Below are positions 46,734 through 56,904 of a stretch of DNA of 64,000 bases, in pieces (within the stretch, counting starts at the first letter, position 1; each line of letters starts with the position of its first letter). The position numbers were made by a program, and so were the translations under genes. A model generated the notes under the pieces. That model worked only from the letters and a program-made list of their open reading frames with translations, searched no databases and was not told the origin of the DNA. Origin of the DNA: Pseudobdellovibrionaceae bacterium (GTDB taxonomy: Bacteria > Bdellovibrionota > Bdellovibrionia > Bdellovibrionales > UBA1609); NCBI GenBank assembly GCA_043757545.1, contig JAYVPG010000021.1:13207-77206 (forward strand), written 5' to 3'.

Positions 46734-48554
46734 ATGTTCATCCCTCACCTTATTCGCCTCACAAATCGGCTGTGGAAAGGCCGCGGCCTTTGGCTGCGGA
46801 TTTTGTTCTGTTGGGTGCTGGGATCTGCGATTTCATTCTTCGACGAAACCAAAGATTACGATCTGCGCTTTAATCTGCGCGGTTCGCAAAGTGTCGCCAA
46901 ACAAATCGTGCTGGTTTTTTTCGATCAAGAGGATTGGAACGTCTGGCATGGACCGAGCTCCAATTTGATCCGCTCGATCAAAGAATTTTCGGTAGTGACC
47001 GATAGCTATTTTTGGCGTGCAAAGACTTGGGATCTCTTGCTGAGTAAAATCTTGAGTCAAAATCCGACCTCGATTGGCGTGAACTTCTTTTTTAACGAGC
47101 AGTTGCCGAAACCGGAAGAGAACCTGCATGCGCTCCTCGATCCGCGAGTCACTTGGGCCGGCCAACTCGACACCGAGGGTCGCCCTGCCCTTCCGCTTAT
47201 GGCAAACTCCTACGGGTACAACGTTGCGCTCGTCGACTTGCGTGAAGATGAAGATCGCATCTTGCGCCGATTCACTTCACCTCTTGCGCCACTCCCGCAT
47301 ATGGGTTTGAAGCTGGCCGAGACCCAGACTGGAAGTTCGGTGCAAGAACTCAACTCATTTTTGGGTGAGACAAAGCTGATTGATTTCCGTGGCACCCCTC
47401 ACGTTTTTAGTTCGGTCTCGGCGTTGGCCGTTTTGCAAGGCCGTATCCCTCCGAGTTTTTTCAAAGATAAAATAGTCATGATCGGAAGTCATTCGGTGCA
47501 GGCGCACCTGTTTCAAACGCCACTTGGACGGATGAGTCGCACCGATGTCCTGGCGCAAGTTGTGGACAATATCCTTAACAAACGTTGGATCTCTCGCATG
47601 TCGCCGTGGTTTTGCTCGCTCTACATGCTGGCGATTCTTCTCTTCACGGTGGCGTTGCTCACTCAGTACCCGCAGGCCGTGGCCTTTGTTTTTCTACTTT
47701 GGTTGAGCCTAGGGACGACCGCGCTCTCGCTCTGGGTTTTTGACTCGTTTGACTTTTGGATTCCTGCGTTTTCGCCATTGATCATGGTGTTGTTCACCTA
47801 TGTCATTTTCTTAGGTTATCAACTCTCGCTAAAAGAAAATCAAACGTGGCGGCTCGAACAAGAAAAATCCTTGCTCTCTGAACTGGATCAGCTGCGCAAC
47901 AATTTTATTAGTTTGATCAGTCACGATCTCAAAACGCCGATCGCAAAAATTCAGGCGATTTGCGATCGCCTGCTTTCGGGCTCGGTGAGCGACGAAGTCA
48001 AAGATGGCCTGCAAAGTTTGCGCAAAGAAAGCACCGAGTTGCATCGCTACATTCAGAGCATTTTGCAAATCTCGCGGCTTGAGTCGAGCCAGGAGCAAGT
48101 GCGCCGCGATGCCACCGATCTGAACGAAGTCGTCGAGAAAGTTATCACCCAAGTTCGCCCGCTCTTTGAAGACAAGCGCCAAACAGTAAATGTTGAGCTG
48201 GAGCCAATCTTCTCGATTGAAGTCGATAGCATCATGATCCAAGAGGTAATTTTAAATCTGGTAGAAAACGCCATCAAATACACGCCCAACGACGGCTCGA
48301 TCAAGGTCAGCACCCAAGAGGTCGACGATAAGGTGATTTTCTCTGTGAAAGACAACGGCAATGGCATTCCGAAAGAGGACCGCGATCATATTTTCGAGAA
48401 GTTCTTTCGCGGCCAGGCCCAACAGAGTCAAATTAAGGGCACCGGACTGGGTTTGTTTCTAGTTAAGTATTTTATAGAGCTCCATGGAGGCGAAGTCTTC
48501 TTGGAAAGTGAAGTCGGAAAAGGTACAAGGGTGGGGTTCGCCCTGCCGTTATGA
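46734..48554 (+). CDS. CHASE2-domain sensor histidine kinase
   Basis: It has an N-terminal TM segment and a periplasmic domain ending in VMIGSHS...TPLGRMSRTDVLAQVVDNIL (CHASE2-like). This is followed by three TM segments, the H-box SHDLKTPI and a HATPase domain. The start is uncertain (TTG at 46698 or ATG at 46734). Confidence 0.7.
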   Translation: MFIPHLIRLTNRLWKGRGLWLRILFCWVLGSAISFFDETKDYDLRFNLRGSQSVAKQIVLVFFDQEDWNVWHGPSSNLIRSIKEFSVVTDSYFWRAKTWDLLLSKILSQNPTSIGVNFFFNEQLPKPEENLHALLDPRVTWAGQLDTEGRPALPLMANSYGYNVALVDLREDEDRILRRFTSPLAPLPHMGLKLAETQTGSSVQELNSFLGETKLIDFRGTPHVFSSVSALAVLQGRIPPSFFKDKIVMIGSHSVQAHLFQTPLGRMSRTDVLAQVVDNILNKRWISRMSPWFCSLYMLAILLFTVALLTQYPQAVAFVFLLWLSLGTTALSLWVFDSFDFWIPAFSPLIMVLFTYVIFLGYQLSLKENQTWRLEQEKSLLSELDQLRNNFISLISHDLKTPIAKIQAICDRLLSGSVSDEVKDGLQSLRKESTELHRYIQSILQISRLESSQEQVRRDATDLNEVVEKVITQVRPLFEDKRQTVNVELEPIFSIEVDSIMIQEVILNLVENAIKYTPNDGSIKVSTQEVDDKVIFSVKDNGNGIPKEDRDHIFEKFFRGQAQQSQIKGTGLGLFLVKYFIELHGGEVFLESEVGKGTRVGFALPL

Positions 48555-48566
48555 AGGAGTCCAAAG

Positions 48567-49988
48567 ATGACCAATGAAGTAAGTGTCCTGATTGTCGACG
48601 ACGAAAGTGAATTGCGTAAATCCGTCGCCTCGGTCTTGAGCACGACAATGCCCGATTTCAAGTTTGAAATCAGCGAAGCCGCCAGCGGGTTGCAGGCACT
48701 CGATATGGTGAAAGACTCGGCTAAGAACGCCGGCTTTGATCTGGTACTGATGGACGTCCGGATGCCCGAGATGAACGGTCTTGAAGCTCTGGCGCAGATC
48801 AAAGCACTCGACCCACGTATTTTTGTGGTGATCATGACCGCACATTCAAATTTGCAGGACGCGGTCTCGGCGATTCGCGATGGCGCCTACGACTATGTGG
48901 AAAAACCTGTGCAACCCGAGAAGCTCGCGCAGATTGTGAAAAAGGCCATCGAAACTCAAGAAATGGTCTCGAGCCTTGCGGTCTCAGCACCTATTTTGGA
49001 CGATGATGTCGATACAGAATTTGTCGGTTCCAATCGCAAAATGCGCGAGATCTTTGATCTGATCAATCGCCTAAGCCAAGTCGACACCACGGTTTTGATT
49101 CGCGGTGAGAACGGAACGGGCAAAGAACTCGTGGCCAGTGCGATTCATTTTAACTCTCCCCGAAAGCACGGTGAATTCGTCGCGATCAACTGCGGAGCGA
49201 TCCCTGAGTCACTGATGGAGAGTGAATTTTTCGGCCATGAGAAGGGCTCATTCACCGGCGCCAGCGAACGTAAAATCGGAAAATTTCAATTGGCCAATAA
49301 AGGAACGATCTTCTTAGACGAAGTCGCCGAGCTTAGACCCGAGATGCAAGTGAAGTTACTCCGCGTTTTGCAAGAGCGTCGCTTCACCCCCGTCGGCAGC
49401 AACCGCGAAATCGCCACCAGTGCCAGGGTGATCGCAGCGACCAATCGCAATTTAGAAAAAATGATCGAGGACTACGGCTTCCGGGAAGATTTATTTTATC
49501 GTCTAAATGTGATGCCGATTTTTTTGCCGCCGTTGCGTGAACGCCTCGACGATTTGGAAAATCTAATTTCCCATTTCGTGCGTCGATTCAATCGTAAAAT
49601 GGGTCGCCAAATCCATGGCTTCTCGGAAGATTCTCTAACGATTCTTCGCCAGTATCGTTGGCCGGGAAATATCCGTGAGCTAGAAAACGTGATCGAACGC
49701 AGCTTTATCATTGAAAACTCAAACTGGATCACGCCGACGTCATTGTCCGACGGGTTGAAGGCGGCGGCGATGAGCGAAGTCGCCTTTGATCTGCCGGGTT
49801 CCTACTCTGGACCACTCGACTTTGATCGCTTCAAAGAGGAAACTGAAAAAGAATTTATCGTGCAAGCGCTGAAGGCCAACAAGGGTCGGATCAATCAAAC
49901 GGTCGCGCAGGCGAATATTCCGAAGAACACGCTGCTCAGAAAAATTAAGAAATACATGATCAACGTGAAAGAACTCGGCGAAATTTAG
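48567..49988 (+). CDS. Sigma-54-dependent NtrC-family response regulator
   Basis: It has a receiver domain (LVLMDVRMPEMNG), an AAA+ domain (GENGTGKE, ESEFFGHEKGSFTGA, FREDLFYRLNV) and a Fis-type HTH. Confidence 0.9.
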   Translation: MTNEVSVLIVDDESELRKSVASVLSTTMPDFKFEISEAASGLQALDMVKDSAKNAGFDLVLMDVRMPEMNGLEALAQIKALDPRIFVVIMTAHSNLQDAVSAIRDGAYDYVEKPVQPEKLAQIVKKAIETQEMVSSLAVSAPILDDDVDTEFVGSNRKMREIFDLINRLSQVDTTVLIRGENGTGKELVASAIHFNSPRKHGEFVAINCGAIPESLMESEFFGHEKGSFTGASERKIGKFQLANKGTIFLDEVAELRPEMQVKLLRVLQERRFTPVGSNREIATSARVIAATNRNLEKMIEDYGFREDLFYRLNVMPIFLPPLRERLDDLENLISHFVRRFNRKMGRQIHGFSEDSLTILRQYRWPGNIRELENVIERSFIIENSNWITPTSLSDGLKAAAMSEVAFDLPGSYSGPLDFDRFKEETEKEFIVQALKANKGRINQTVAQANIPKNTLLRKIKKYMINVKELGEI

Positions 49989-50395
49989 AACTGCAGCGAC
50001 TTGATCAACAAGTCGCCAGTCATTGCATCGAAACCAAAGCGGCTCGTGCCCATTGCGGACAACCCGGCCTCAGTCACGTGGCCCGCAAAATAGCTGCGGA
50101 TCGCGCGTGTCGCGGTGTAATAGTCCTTCTCCGAAATCTCACCCTGTAGGGCCATATGACGAATCCGCGAAGTCAATGCCACGCGATCGGTACCGCGAAC
50201 ATAAGAGTCGCGAGTTTTAAGCAAAGCCTCCGTACCAATTAACACACGATCTGAATCATGGCCCAAGCGCACCACGTAAATCTCTTGAGCATCGTTACTC
50301 ACCACGTCCCAAGTTCGGCTGAGCACCGACTCCGCTTGAGTGACCGACCCAAACAAAATAAATAGCGAAACTATCGATCGAATGAATATTTTCAT
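49985..50395 (-). CDS. Secreted hypothetical protein
   Basis: It has a signal peptide (TQA-ES). It has a 4-nt overlap with the upstream gene, and its stop overlaps the stop of the convergent regulator gene. Confidence 0.4.
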   Translation of the reverse strand: MKIFIRSIVSLFILFGSVTQAESVLSRTWDVVSNDAQEIYVVRLGHDSDRVLIGTEALLKTRDSYVRGTDRVALTSRIRHMALQGEISEKDYYTATRAIRSYFAGHVTEAGLSAMGTSRFGFDAMTGDLLIKSLQF

Positions 50396-51264
50396 AAGTG
50401 TCCCTTTGGTAAGCTGCGGGAAAGTAGCAGTAACACGCAGTCTGGCTGCCCTTTAGACGTTCCGGTTGCAAAAAAATCGGCCAGCACCGTCGGAAAAACA
50501 TTCATAAACATTTCGTCTGAACTCGCTCTTCGTTTTAAATCGATATACGTGTGTCCGGATTGACTTCCCACGCGCTCCATCTCGCGCCCAAGCTTTATCC
50601 GACTCCAATCCGCAAGGCTTGGCTCATTCAAATCTAAATTTCGGTCTCGGCCCAAAAGGCTTTTTACGATTGGAAGAACGGACATTCCAACATAGCTCGC
50701 CCAAATGCCGCTGGTGACCGTCATCTCCGGAAGCTCACCTGAGTTCTGAGCCAAATAGCCGGCGGAAACCGCCAACGCTAGAAAGCCGGGGACGTACAGC
50801 ATATGTCTTTTCTTAAGTCCAAGCTTGCGCAGTAAGCTTAGTCCTCCAGTTTGAGACCCAACGAGGTCTGAGGTTTTATTCCAGACATAGTTTAGCTCTA
50901 GGTCGCTCAGTCCACTTTTCGGTTGAACCAATAGCCCATTGTCATAGATGTAGTAAGTCGAGATTCCAACGGGATTTAATCTCTGAGCAATGATCAAACT
51001 GCGACCCAGATCCGGTTTCGATTCGTAAGACTCTAGGGTCAACGACCCATCAAATGCAGCAAACAATCGGGGACCGAAGTCTGGTGCACTCATATCGAGC
51101 TGTGCAGGCACCTCACCCTTAGGATGAGCCTGGGCTTGAAAACTAAAAGCCAACTGAAAAATGACTAAAGCAAAGAGCGCGCGCACAAAAGACCTCCGTT
51201 GTGAACCAAACGTAAGGGAGCAAGGGAAGTGCCAGTTGGTATCAAATATATGCCGCTGGGACAC
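50392..51264 (-). CDS. Secreted/membrane hypothetical protein (paralog of 36870-37628)
   Basis: It has a signal-like N-terminus (FQAQA-HP). Its shared motif blocks with 36870-37628 are YYIYDNG, MLYVPGF and SVLPIVKSLLGRDRNL. Confidence 0.45.
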   Translation of the reverse strand: MSQRHIFDTNWHFPCSLTFGSQRRSFVRALFALVIFQLAFSFQAQAHPKGEVPAQLDMSAPDFGPRLFAAFDGSLTLESYESKPDLGRSLIIAQRLNPVGISTYYIYDNGLLVQPKSGLSDLELNYVWNKTSDLVGSQTGGLSLLRKLGLKKRHMLYVPGFLALAVSAGYLAQNSGELPEMTVTSGIWASYVGMSVLPIVKSLLGRDRNLDLNEPSLADWSRIKLGREMERVGSQSGHTYIDLKRRASSDEMFMNVFPTVLADFFATGTSKGQPDCVLLLLSRSLPKGHL

Positions 51265-51323
51265 GGCAAATCGATGAATTGGACCGCTTTTGGGCCTGGT
51301 GAGGGCGGATTTTCGTCAAAATA

Positions 51324-51962
51324 TCAGAGGCTTAAGAGTGAATTTCTTTCCACAAGGTGTCGCGTGAGCGGCGCCATTTGCAAGCCCCGAGCGGCAAGAG
51401 ATTGAAGATACTCAGCGAGCACAACGCAAAAAGAATCGATTCGCTTTTCGCGTTGTCGGTCATGCAAGAGGACGATCGAACCCTCTCTTAAACGCACGGC
51501 CGACCGCCGAGCGCGTGCCGCTGACCACGGAATGACGGTGTCGTAAAATCGCTCGTTCCACAATACTAGGGGCTCATTCAGTTCGCGCAAGGCCCGGTGA
51601 AGCGGAGGAGTCACGACTCCCGCCGGTGGGCGAAATCCCACACGCTCAGGGAGACCCATCGCGACAAACTCACGCTCGGATTGTTCAATCCAATTTTTTA
51701 GCGCAGCACTGCCTTGAAAAAAAATCCCATAGCGATGATCCAGCGAGTGATTGCCAATCGAGTGCCCCGCCTGCAAAATTCTCTGCACTAGCTGCGGTTG
51801 CGCACTGGCCTTCTCAGCAATCAAAAAAAAAGTCGCATGCGCCTGAAATTCCGCAAGCACGTCAAGAACCCGCGGTGTGCTGAACGGGTCCGGACCATCG
51901 TCAAAAGTTAAATAGACTTGCCTTTGCGCAGAGGCAATCGAGCGGGTGACTAACTTTGCCAT
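51324..51962 (-). CDS. Polysaccharide deacetylase (NodB homology) family protein
   Basis: It has YLTFDDGPDP and GHSIGNHSLDH metal-binding motifs. Confidence 0.75.
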   Translation of the reverse strand: MAKLVTRSIASAQRQVYLTFDDGPDPFSTPRVLDVLAEFQAHATFFLIAEKASAQPQLVQRILQAGHSIGNHSLDHRYGIFFQGSAALKNWIEQSEREFVAMGLPERVGFRPPAGVVTPPLHRALRELNEPLVLWNERFYDTVIPWSAARARRSAVRLREGSIVLLHDRQREKRIDSFCVVLAEYLQSLAARGLQMAPLTRHLVERNSLLSL

Positions 51963-52615
51963 GTTTTGGCGCGAGCGAAAAACCCGCTGGCATCGATTGA
52001 AATTAATGGGAGGTGACTGTCTTGATTCGTGTAATTCAACACCGAGAAGTCCTCAGCAAAATCGCGACTCATTTTTAAGCCCAAATCACGACAGGCTTCC
52101 TCATCACTAACGATCCAAGTGCATGCACCCTCGCTCAAGTCCGATTCACCGATCCAATTGGCCAAAGTTTTATGCGATTCGACCAATGTGACAATGCAAA
52201 CTCGGCAGGTTCGTTCAAACAACAGGCCGCGTGCGAGCTGCATACACTCTTCAGGCGTTCGGTACAAAACACTCACCGTGAATGAAGGGCCACTCAGCTT
52301 AAAATGAATCGAAGAAAAACCGGTGGTCGCATTGTGCAGACTATTTTGAAAAAGCACAGGCCGCGCCATTTGGCTCTTTGACCAAGTGGTTAAAAAATCC
52401 GCGCTGGTCTCAAGCTCACCGCTCGAGGACCCCAATACAAATCCAACATCACTGTTTCCACTGACTGAAAGATTTGGCACTTGCGCGAGCGCGCGTTCGA
52501 TCGAACCCGTGGCCATGACCATATTTCGGGTGGCCTTACGCCAAGCGGGAGGCATTGCAAAGGCGCTGAGCTCCTCGGCCATAAAAATTCCACTGCCCAG
52601 AACTTTCAAACTCAT
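51950..52615 (-). CDS. Beta-ketoacyl synthase N-terminal-like protein without an obvious active-site Cys context (chain-length-factor/ApeC-like)
   Basis: It is a 221-aa truncated thiolase-like sequence (GFVLGSSSGELETS...FQNSLHNATTGF) and overlaps the full KS gene by 4 nt. This arrangement is typical of aryl-polyene-type clusters. Confidence 0.55.
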   Translation of the reverse strand: MSLKVLGSGIFMAEELSAFAMPPAWRKATRNMVMATGSIERALAQVPNLSVSGNSDVGFVLGSSSGELETSADFLTTWSKSQMARPVLFQNSLHNATTGFSSIHFKLSGPSFTVSVLYRTPEECMQLARGLLFERTCRVCIVTLVESHKTLANWIGESDLSEGACTWIVSDEEACRDLGLKMSRDFAEDFSVLNYTNQDSHLPLISIDASGFFARAKTWQS

Positions 52616-53778
52616 AAACGCCTCGCTTCAGGATGCGAAATCACCAGCGCAGCATTCGTACCACCAAAACCCAGAGTGCTTTTCAAGACATGCAGGACAG
52701 GTTGTTGCACATCCACCATCGGGTGGCGAACCGGAATTTTCACATCAGGCTGAACAAGTCCACGAGTGTGCAATACAATTCCTTCGGTCATCGCGCGCAC
52801 GATGACCGCGACTTCAAGCGCGCCAGAGGCTGCAAGGGCGTGGCCGTGCAACCACTTAGTCGAACTCACCCAAGGCGCATCGGTCCCAAAGAGTCGTGCG
52901 ATCGCCAAGCCCTCGGCCAAATCATTCTGCAATGAACCCGTTCCGTGCGCATGCACCCAGGAAATCTCAGAAGGTTTCAAACCCGCCACTCGCAAAGCGG
53001 CATCCATCGCGCGGAAACTTCCGTCACCCTCTGGATGCGGGCCGGTCATGTGGTAGCCGTCCGTGCTAAAACCAAATCCACTCAAGCGAGCCAATGGATT
53101 AGCACTTTTTTCCTCAAGGCAGATCACCGCCGCCCCCTCAGAGAGGTTGATCCCCTGCCGAGCTTGATCAAACGGCCGCGCGGGTTCATTCGACAACAAT
53201 TGCAAACTACGAAAACCTTCGGTCGTTAAATCGCAAAGCACTTCAACACCAACCACCAGACAGCGTTTGACTCGGCCCTGACGAATCCACATCGCACCCA
53301 TAGCCAAGGCCTGGGTCGAGGCACTGCACGCTGAAGTCACCAATGAGCTAGGGCCTGTATGTGCAAAATGGTGTGCCACTGAACACAGCAGTTCGGCGAG
53401 CGGTTGGTTGGCAAAAACTTTGCGAAACTGCTCACGCGTTGAGCGGCCGTTGATAAAATCAATGAAACCAAAATCCCACATCAAGAGCTGACCGGTGGTG
53501 GTCGCTAAAATCAAACCATCGTCGGGTTCGAGGGATTTCCAACCTGCTTGGGTCATGGCCTCGCCAGCCGCCTTCACGCAAAATGCCAACGCGCGATTGT
53601 CTTGCACCGCCGGTGAAAATTCGCACAGCGAATCGGCAGACACTCGACCGAGGCCGTTTTTAATTCCCGAATGACCGGCGAGTGTATTTCGCCATAGTGA
53701 ATCGACGTTAGGTCCTAAACACGAAACCGCGCCGACTCCCGCAATCCAAACCGACCGGGGCTGAACGATGGACGCCAT
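52612..53778 (-). CDS. Beta-ketoacyl-ACP synthase (FabF/FabB-like KS)
   Basis: It has the Cys-His-His triad contexts VTSACSAST, VHAHGTGS and KWLHGHALAASG. Confidence 0.9.
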   Translation of the reverse strand: MASIVQPRSVWIAGVGAVSCLGPNVDSLWRNTLAGHSGIKNGLGRVSADSLCEFSPAVQDNRALAFCVKAAGEAMTQAGWKSLEPDDGLILATTTGQLLMWDFGFIDFINGRSTREQFRKVFANQPLAELLCSVAHHFAHTGPSSLVTSACSASTQALAMGAMWIRQGRVKRCLVVGVEVLCDLTTEGFRSLQLLSNEPARPFDQARQGINLSEGAAVICLEEKSANPLARLSGFGFSTDGYHMTGPHPEGDGSFRAMDAALRVAGLKPSEISWVHAHGTGSLQNDLAEGLAIARLFGTDAPWVSSTKWLHGHALAASGALEVAVIVRAMTEGIVLHTRGLVQPDVKIPVRHPMVDVQQPVLHVLKSTLGFGGTNAALVISHPEARRL

Positions 53779-53786
53779 CTCTGGAC

Positions 53787-54056
53787 TCAGTTCTTTCGAT
53801 TGTCTGTGACAAGGTCGGCGACGGTGCCAATGGTGCGAAAATATTTTTTGCCCATCTCGGCATCATCCACCTTCACCCCAAAATGATGTTCCACGGCAAC
53901 AATGACTTCAAGAATGTCGACGGAATCCAATTCGAGTCCGCCCTCACGCAGCGAAGTGTCGGCGGTAAAGCGCGAAGGCTCCATATGGTGCAAATTCACC
54001 GAGTTGCGAATAAGGTGAATAACTTCGTTCAATATGGGCTGCGGCTCAGTTGACAT
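53787..54056 (-). CDS. Acyl carrier protein
   Basis: It is 89 aa and has GLELDSVDILEV, a DS phosphopantetheine attachment motif. Confidence 0.8.
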   Translation of the reverse strand: MSTEPQPILNEVIHLIRNSVNLHHMEPSRFTADTSLREGGLELDSVDILEVIVAVEHHFGVKVDDAEMGKKYFRTIGTVADLVTDNRKN

Positions 54057-54136
54057 AATCGGGCCAATCTAGTCAGATTGCGCCCATCGGGCAACAGCGG
54101 AGTGGAGTCTTGATTTCTAAAACTAGCACACGGTGC

Positions 54137-54724
54137 ATGTGGTCATTTACCTGGGTTATCGCCCTGAGCGGTGCTTTAGCTGCGGCCTCCACGCCAGTTG
54201 GCCGCGAGGAGTTGAAGACGGCCCTGGCCCGCTATCAGGCGATCAAACGCCTGGATGTGGACTTTAAGCAGACGAAATCGCTTAAGGATTTGAACCTCAC
54301 ATTGAATTCTGAGGGGCATCTAAACCTCATTCCCCCAGACCATGTCCAATGGAAAATCACCAAACCTCAGCCGCTGACGGTCGATCTAGAACAGCAGAAA
54401 ATCACCATTCGTTCGGCTTCGGGAACCGAGACCTTTTCCCAAAGTGAAAATCCTTCCGAAAAGGACCGTAAGAGTTTCGCTATGATGCTCACTTGGCTGA
54501 AGCTCGACGCCGATGCGATTTTGCAAAAATACACTGTCAGCAAATTGAAAAGTCGAACTTTTCGTTTCGTGACCAAGGACCCCGGTGAGCCCATGTTGAA
54601 GTCGCTTGAAATGGAACTCACCGAGGCCGGTCACGTCGCGACTCTTTTGTTTCAAGAGGCCTCGGACGATGAAATGCGCTTAGTTTTTGCTCGTCCAAAA
54701 GTGATCTACCGTAAGGCCAAATGA
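54137..54724 (+). CDS. LolA-like outer-membrane lipoprotein carrier-domain protein
   Basis: It has a signal peptide (ALAAAS). Its size and the F.Q.K motif region (LDVDFKQTKSLKDLN) resemble LolA-like proteins of aryl-polyene clusters. It has an ATGA overlap with the exporter gene. I trimmed the start to the ATG at 54137. Confidence 0.5.
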   Translation: MWSFTWVIALSGALAAASTPVGREELKTALARYQAIKRLDVDFKQTKSLKDLNLTLNSEGHLNLIPPDHVQWKITKPQPLTVDLEQQKITIRSASGTETFSQSENPSEKDRKSFAMMLTWLKLDADAILQKYTVSKLKSRTFRFVTKDPGEPMLKSLEMELTEAGHVATLLFQEASDDEMRLVFARPKVIYRKAK

Positions 54725-56904
54725 GAAGTTTAATACTCGCCGCTTTTCTGTTTGGCTGTGTTCAGGGATTCGCCGTTCCCAAATGGTTTGATCAATCCCA
54801 TGAGATCTTTTTAACTCCCAAACTCAACACCATGGCGTCGAACTATCGCGACTATCCGATCTTTTGGTGGAATTTTTTAATTCTTGATGGCGAAAGCAAG
54901 TGGTCCGACATCGACGCGCTTTGTGCGCAACTCTCTTTAGAAAAGGATTTGGGAATTCAAAAGCTTCCCTGCCACTTTGATCTCACCCAGCTGAAGGGTC
55001 TGACCCAAGACTGGCTACGCGATCTGCCGCTGCGGACCACCATGCCCACTGAACACGAATACATTCGTCGCCTGCAAGAGACCCTTCTGAAGGCCTCACT
55101 GCCTATGGATCGCGGCTTGATTGATCTTTTGCGCATGGATCCGTTCAACTCTTTGCAAGATTTGAAGGCGCGTGTGCAAAAACGCATGCAAATGGACCTG
55201 AAACTGCGCGGAGGATTTCTAGTTGACGAGAAATCCAAACGTATTCTAATCCCGATTCAATTCTCGTTCTCACCAGCCGACTCGGAGCGCACGCAAGCCT
55301 TTGTTGCCACCTTAGATCAGCGTTGCGCGGGACTTCCGGGATGTACATCTCTCGCACTTTTTGGTCCACATGCCTCGACCAGTGAGAACGAGTCCCAAAT
55401 TCGCGCCGATGTGGATGTTGTCTCGGTTTTGGGAATCGGCGCGATGGGTGTCTTATGTTTCTTTATTCTGATGAGCGGTCGCCGCCGCTTACTCAATCTT
55501 GTTCCGCTCCTTTTGTTTTCTATCGGAATTTCCATATGGGTCACGATTCTAGTGTTTGGAAAAATTCATGGCATCACCTTGGCCTTCGGTCCCGGAATTG
55601 TCGGATTGAGTATGGACTACGGAATCCACTCGGCATTTTTAGACCCCCGCTCGCGCGAAACCTGGCGTGCCAACTTGGTCGGATTGTTGACGACGATCGT
55701 GATTATGATCGTGCTGGGCTTCAGCGTGATCCCTTTGCTCAGACAAATGATGTTCTTTGCCACTTTTGGTTTGTGTTTTAACTATTTAATTTTTTATCTG
55801 ACGATGCCGCGCTGGCCCCAGCTTTTCGAAAGCGGGTTTTATAATTTCAAGCCCAGCAAATGGCGACCGATGAATGCTCTCGCCATTTTATTTTTGGTCT
55901 GCGCACCTTTGATATTTTTTCGTCCCCTGCATTTAGACGTGCAACACCTGAATTTTGAAACCGCGAAGACGGTCGACCTACGCCAGTGGTTTTTCAAAAT
56001 GGCCGGCGCAGGTTCGCCCTATCTGATTGTTGAACATTCGCAGGCTCCCCTCGAGAGCTCGACCGAACATCTGAAATGGGCCGCCAGCCAAGAGATCTCA
56101 TACGAGGGAATCGCGGGCTATCTTCCTGAGCCTGACACTCAAGCCCGAAATCTTATGTCTTGGCGCCGTGGCCTTTGCGCAGGATCGACGCCAGAGACCG
56201 GCGAGATAGAAAAAAAGTTTTTTGCGCCATTTTTCAACTTTACCGAATGTCAAAAATTAGTGCCCAATCTTTTGACTCGTGAGGTTCCCGATTACCTGAA
56301 GGACTTCCACCACGCAGGCCGTTTTGTCGGCTTATTTTTCCCCAAGGATGAAGCACAAATCGCCGCCTTGAGTGCGCGTTTTCCGCAAGCCTCGACACCG
56401 CGAGAAATCTTTTCGAGCTTTCCCAAAATTTTATACAGCGAACTCCTGTGGATGATTCCCCTCGCGTTGATCGGCGCCTTCTTTTTTCTTTGGCTGCATT
56501 ATCGCCGCGTCGGATGGTCAACCCTCGCCGTTATCCCCTTTCTGACGGGGCTCGGTTGCTATGCTTTGATGTCGGTGGTTTTTCAAATACCGGTGAGTTT
56601 TATCTCGATGATCGGTCTGATTATGGTCTTTGGTTGCAGTCTGGACTATGGAGTTTTCGTGATGGACTTCTTGCTCTTTCGTAAAGAGGATCGTCCAGGA
56701 GTATGGAGTGCACTGACCCTATGCTCATTTGCCACGATCGCTGGATTTGCTCCGCTCGTTTTCGCCCACCATCCAGTTTTGCGCGACCTCGGTCACGCTC
56801 TGCTGTGGGGAACCGTCGGAACTTATGTGGGCAGCTTGTGGGGCATCCCCTCAGTTTACGGCGTTTTAGAAAAATGGAAGCGGAATCATGGCGCGCGCTC
56901 TTAG
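54721..56904 (+). CDS. MMPL/RND-superfamily predicted exporter
   Basis: It is 727 aa with two blocks of about 5-6 TM helices, each preceded by a large loop. It is positioned after the LolA-like gene, as in ApeL/ApeM pairs. Confidence 0.65.
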   Translation: MRSLILAAFLFGCVQGFAVPKWFDQSHEIFLTPKLNTMASNYRDYPIFWWNFLILDGESKWSDIDALCAQLSLEKDLGIQKLPCHFDLTQLKGLTQDWLRDLPLRTTMPTEHEYIRRLQETLLKASLPMDRGLIDLLRMDPFNSLQDLKARVQKRMQMDLKLRGGFLVDEKSKRILIPIQFSFSPADSERTQAFVATLDQRCAGLPGCTSLALFGPHASTSENESQIRADVDVVSVLGIGAMGVLCFFILMSGRRRLLNLVPLLLFSIGISIWVTILVFGKIHGITLAFGPGIVGLSMDYGIHSAFLDPRSRETWRANLVGLLTTIVIMIVLGFSVIPLLRQMMFFATFGLCFNYLIFYLTMPRWPQLFESGFYNFKPSKWRPMNALAILFLVCAPLIFFRPLHLDVQHLNFETAKTVDLRQWFFKMAGAGSPYLIVEHSQAPLESSTEHLKWAASQEISYEGIAGYLPEPDTQARNLMSWRRGLCAGSTPETGEIEKKFFAPFFNFTECQKLVPNLLTREVPDYLKDFHHAGRFVGLFFPKDEAQIAALSARFPQASTPREIFSSFPKILYSELLWMIPLALIGAFFFLWLHYRRVGWSTLAVIPFLTGLGCYALMSVVFQIPVSFISMIGLIMVFGCSLDYGVFVMDFLLFRKEDRPGVWSALTLCSFATIAGFAPLVFAHHPVLRDLGHALLWGTVGTYVGSLWGIPSVYGVLEKWKRNHGARS

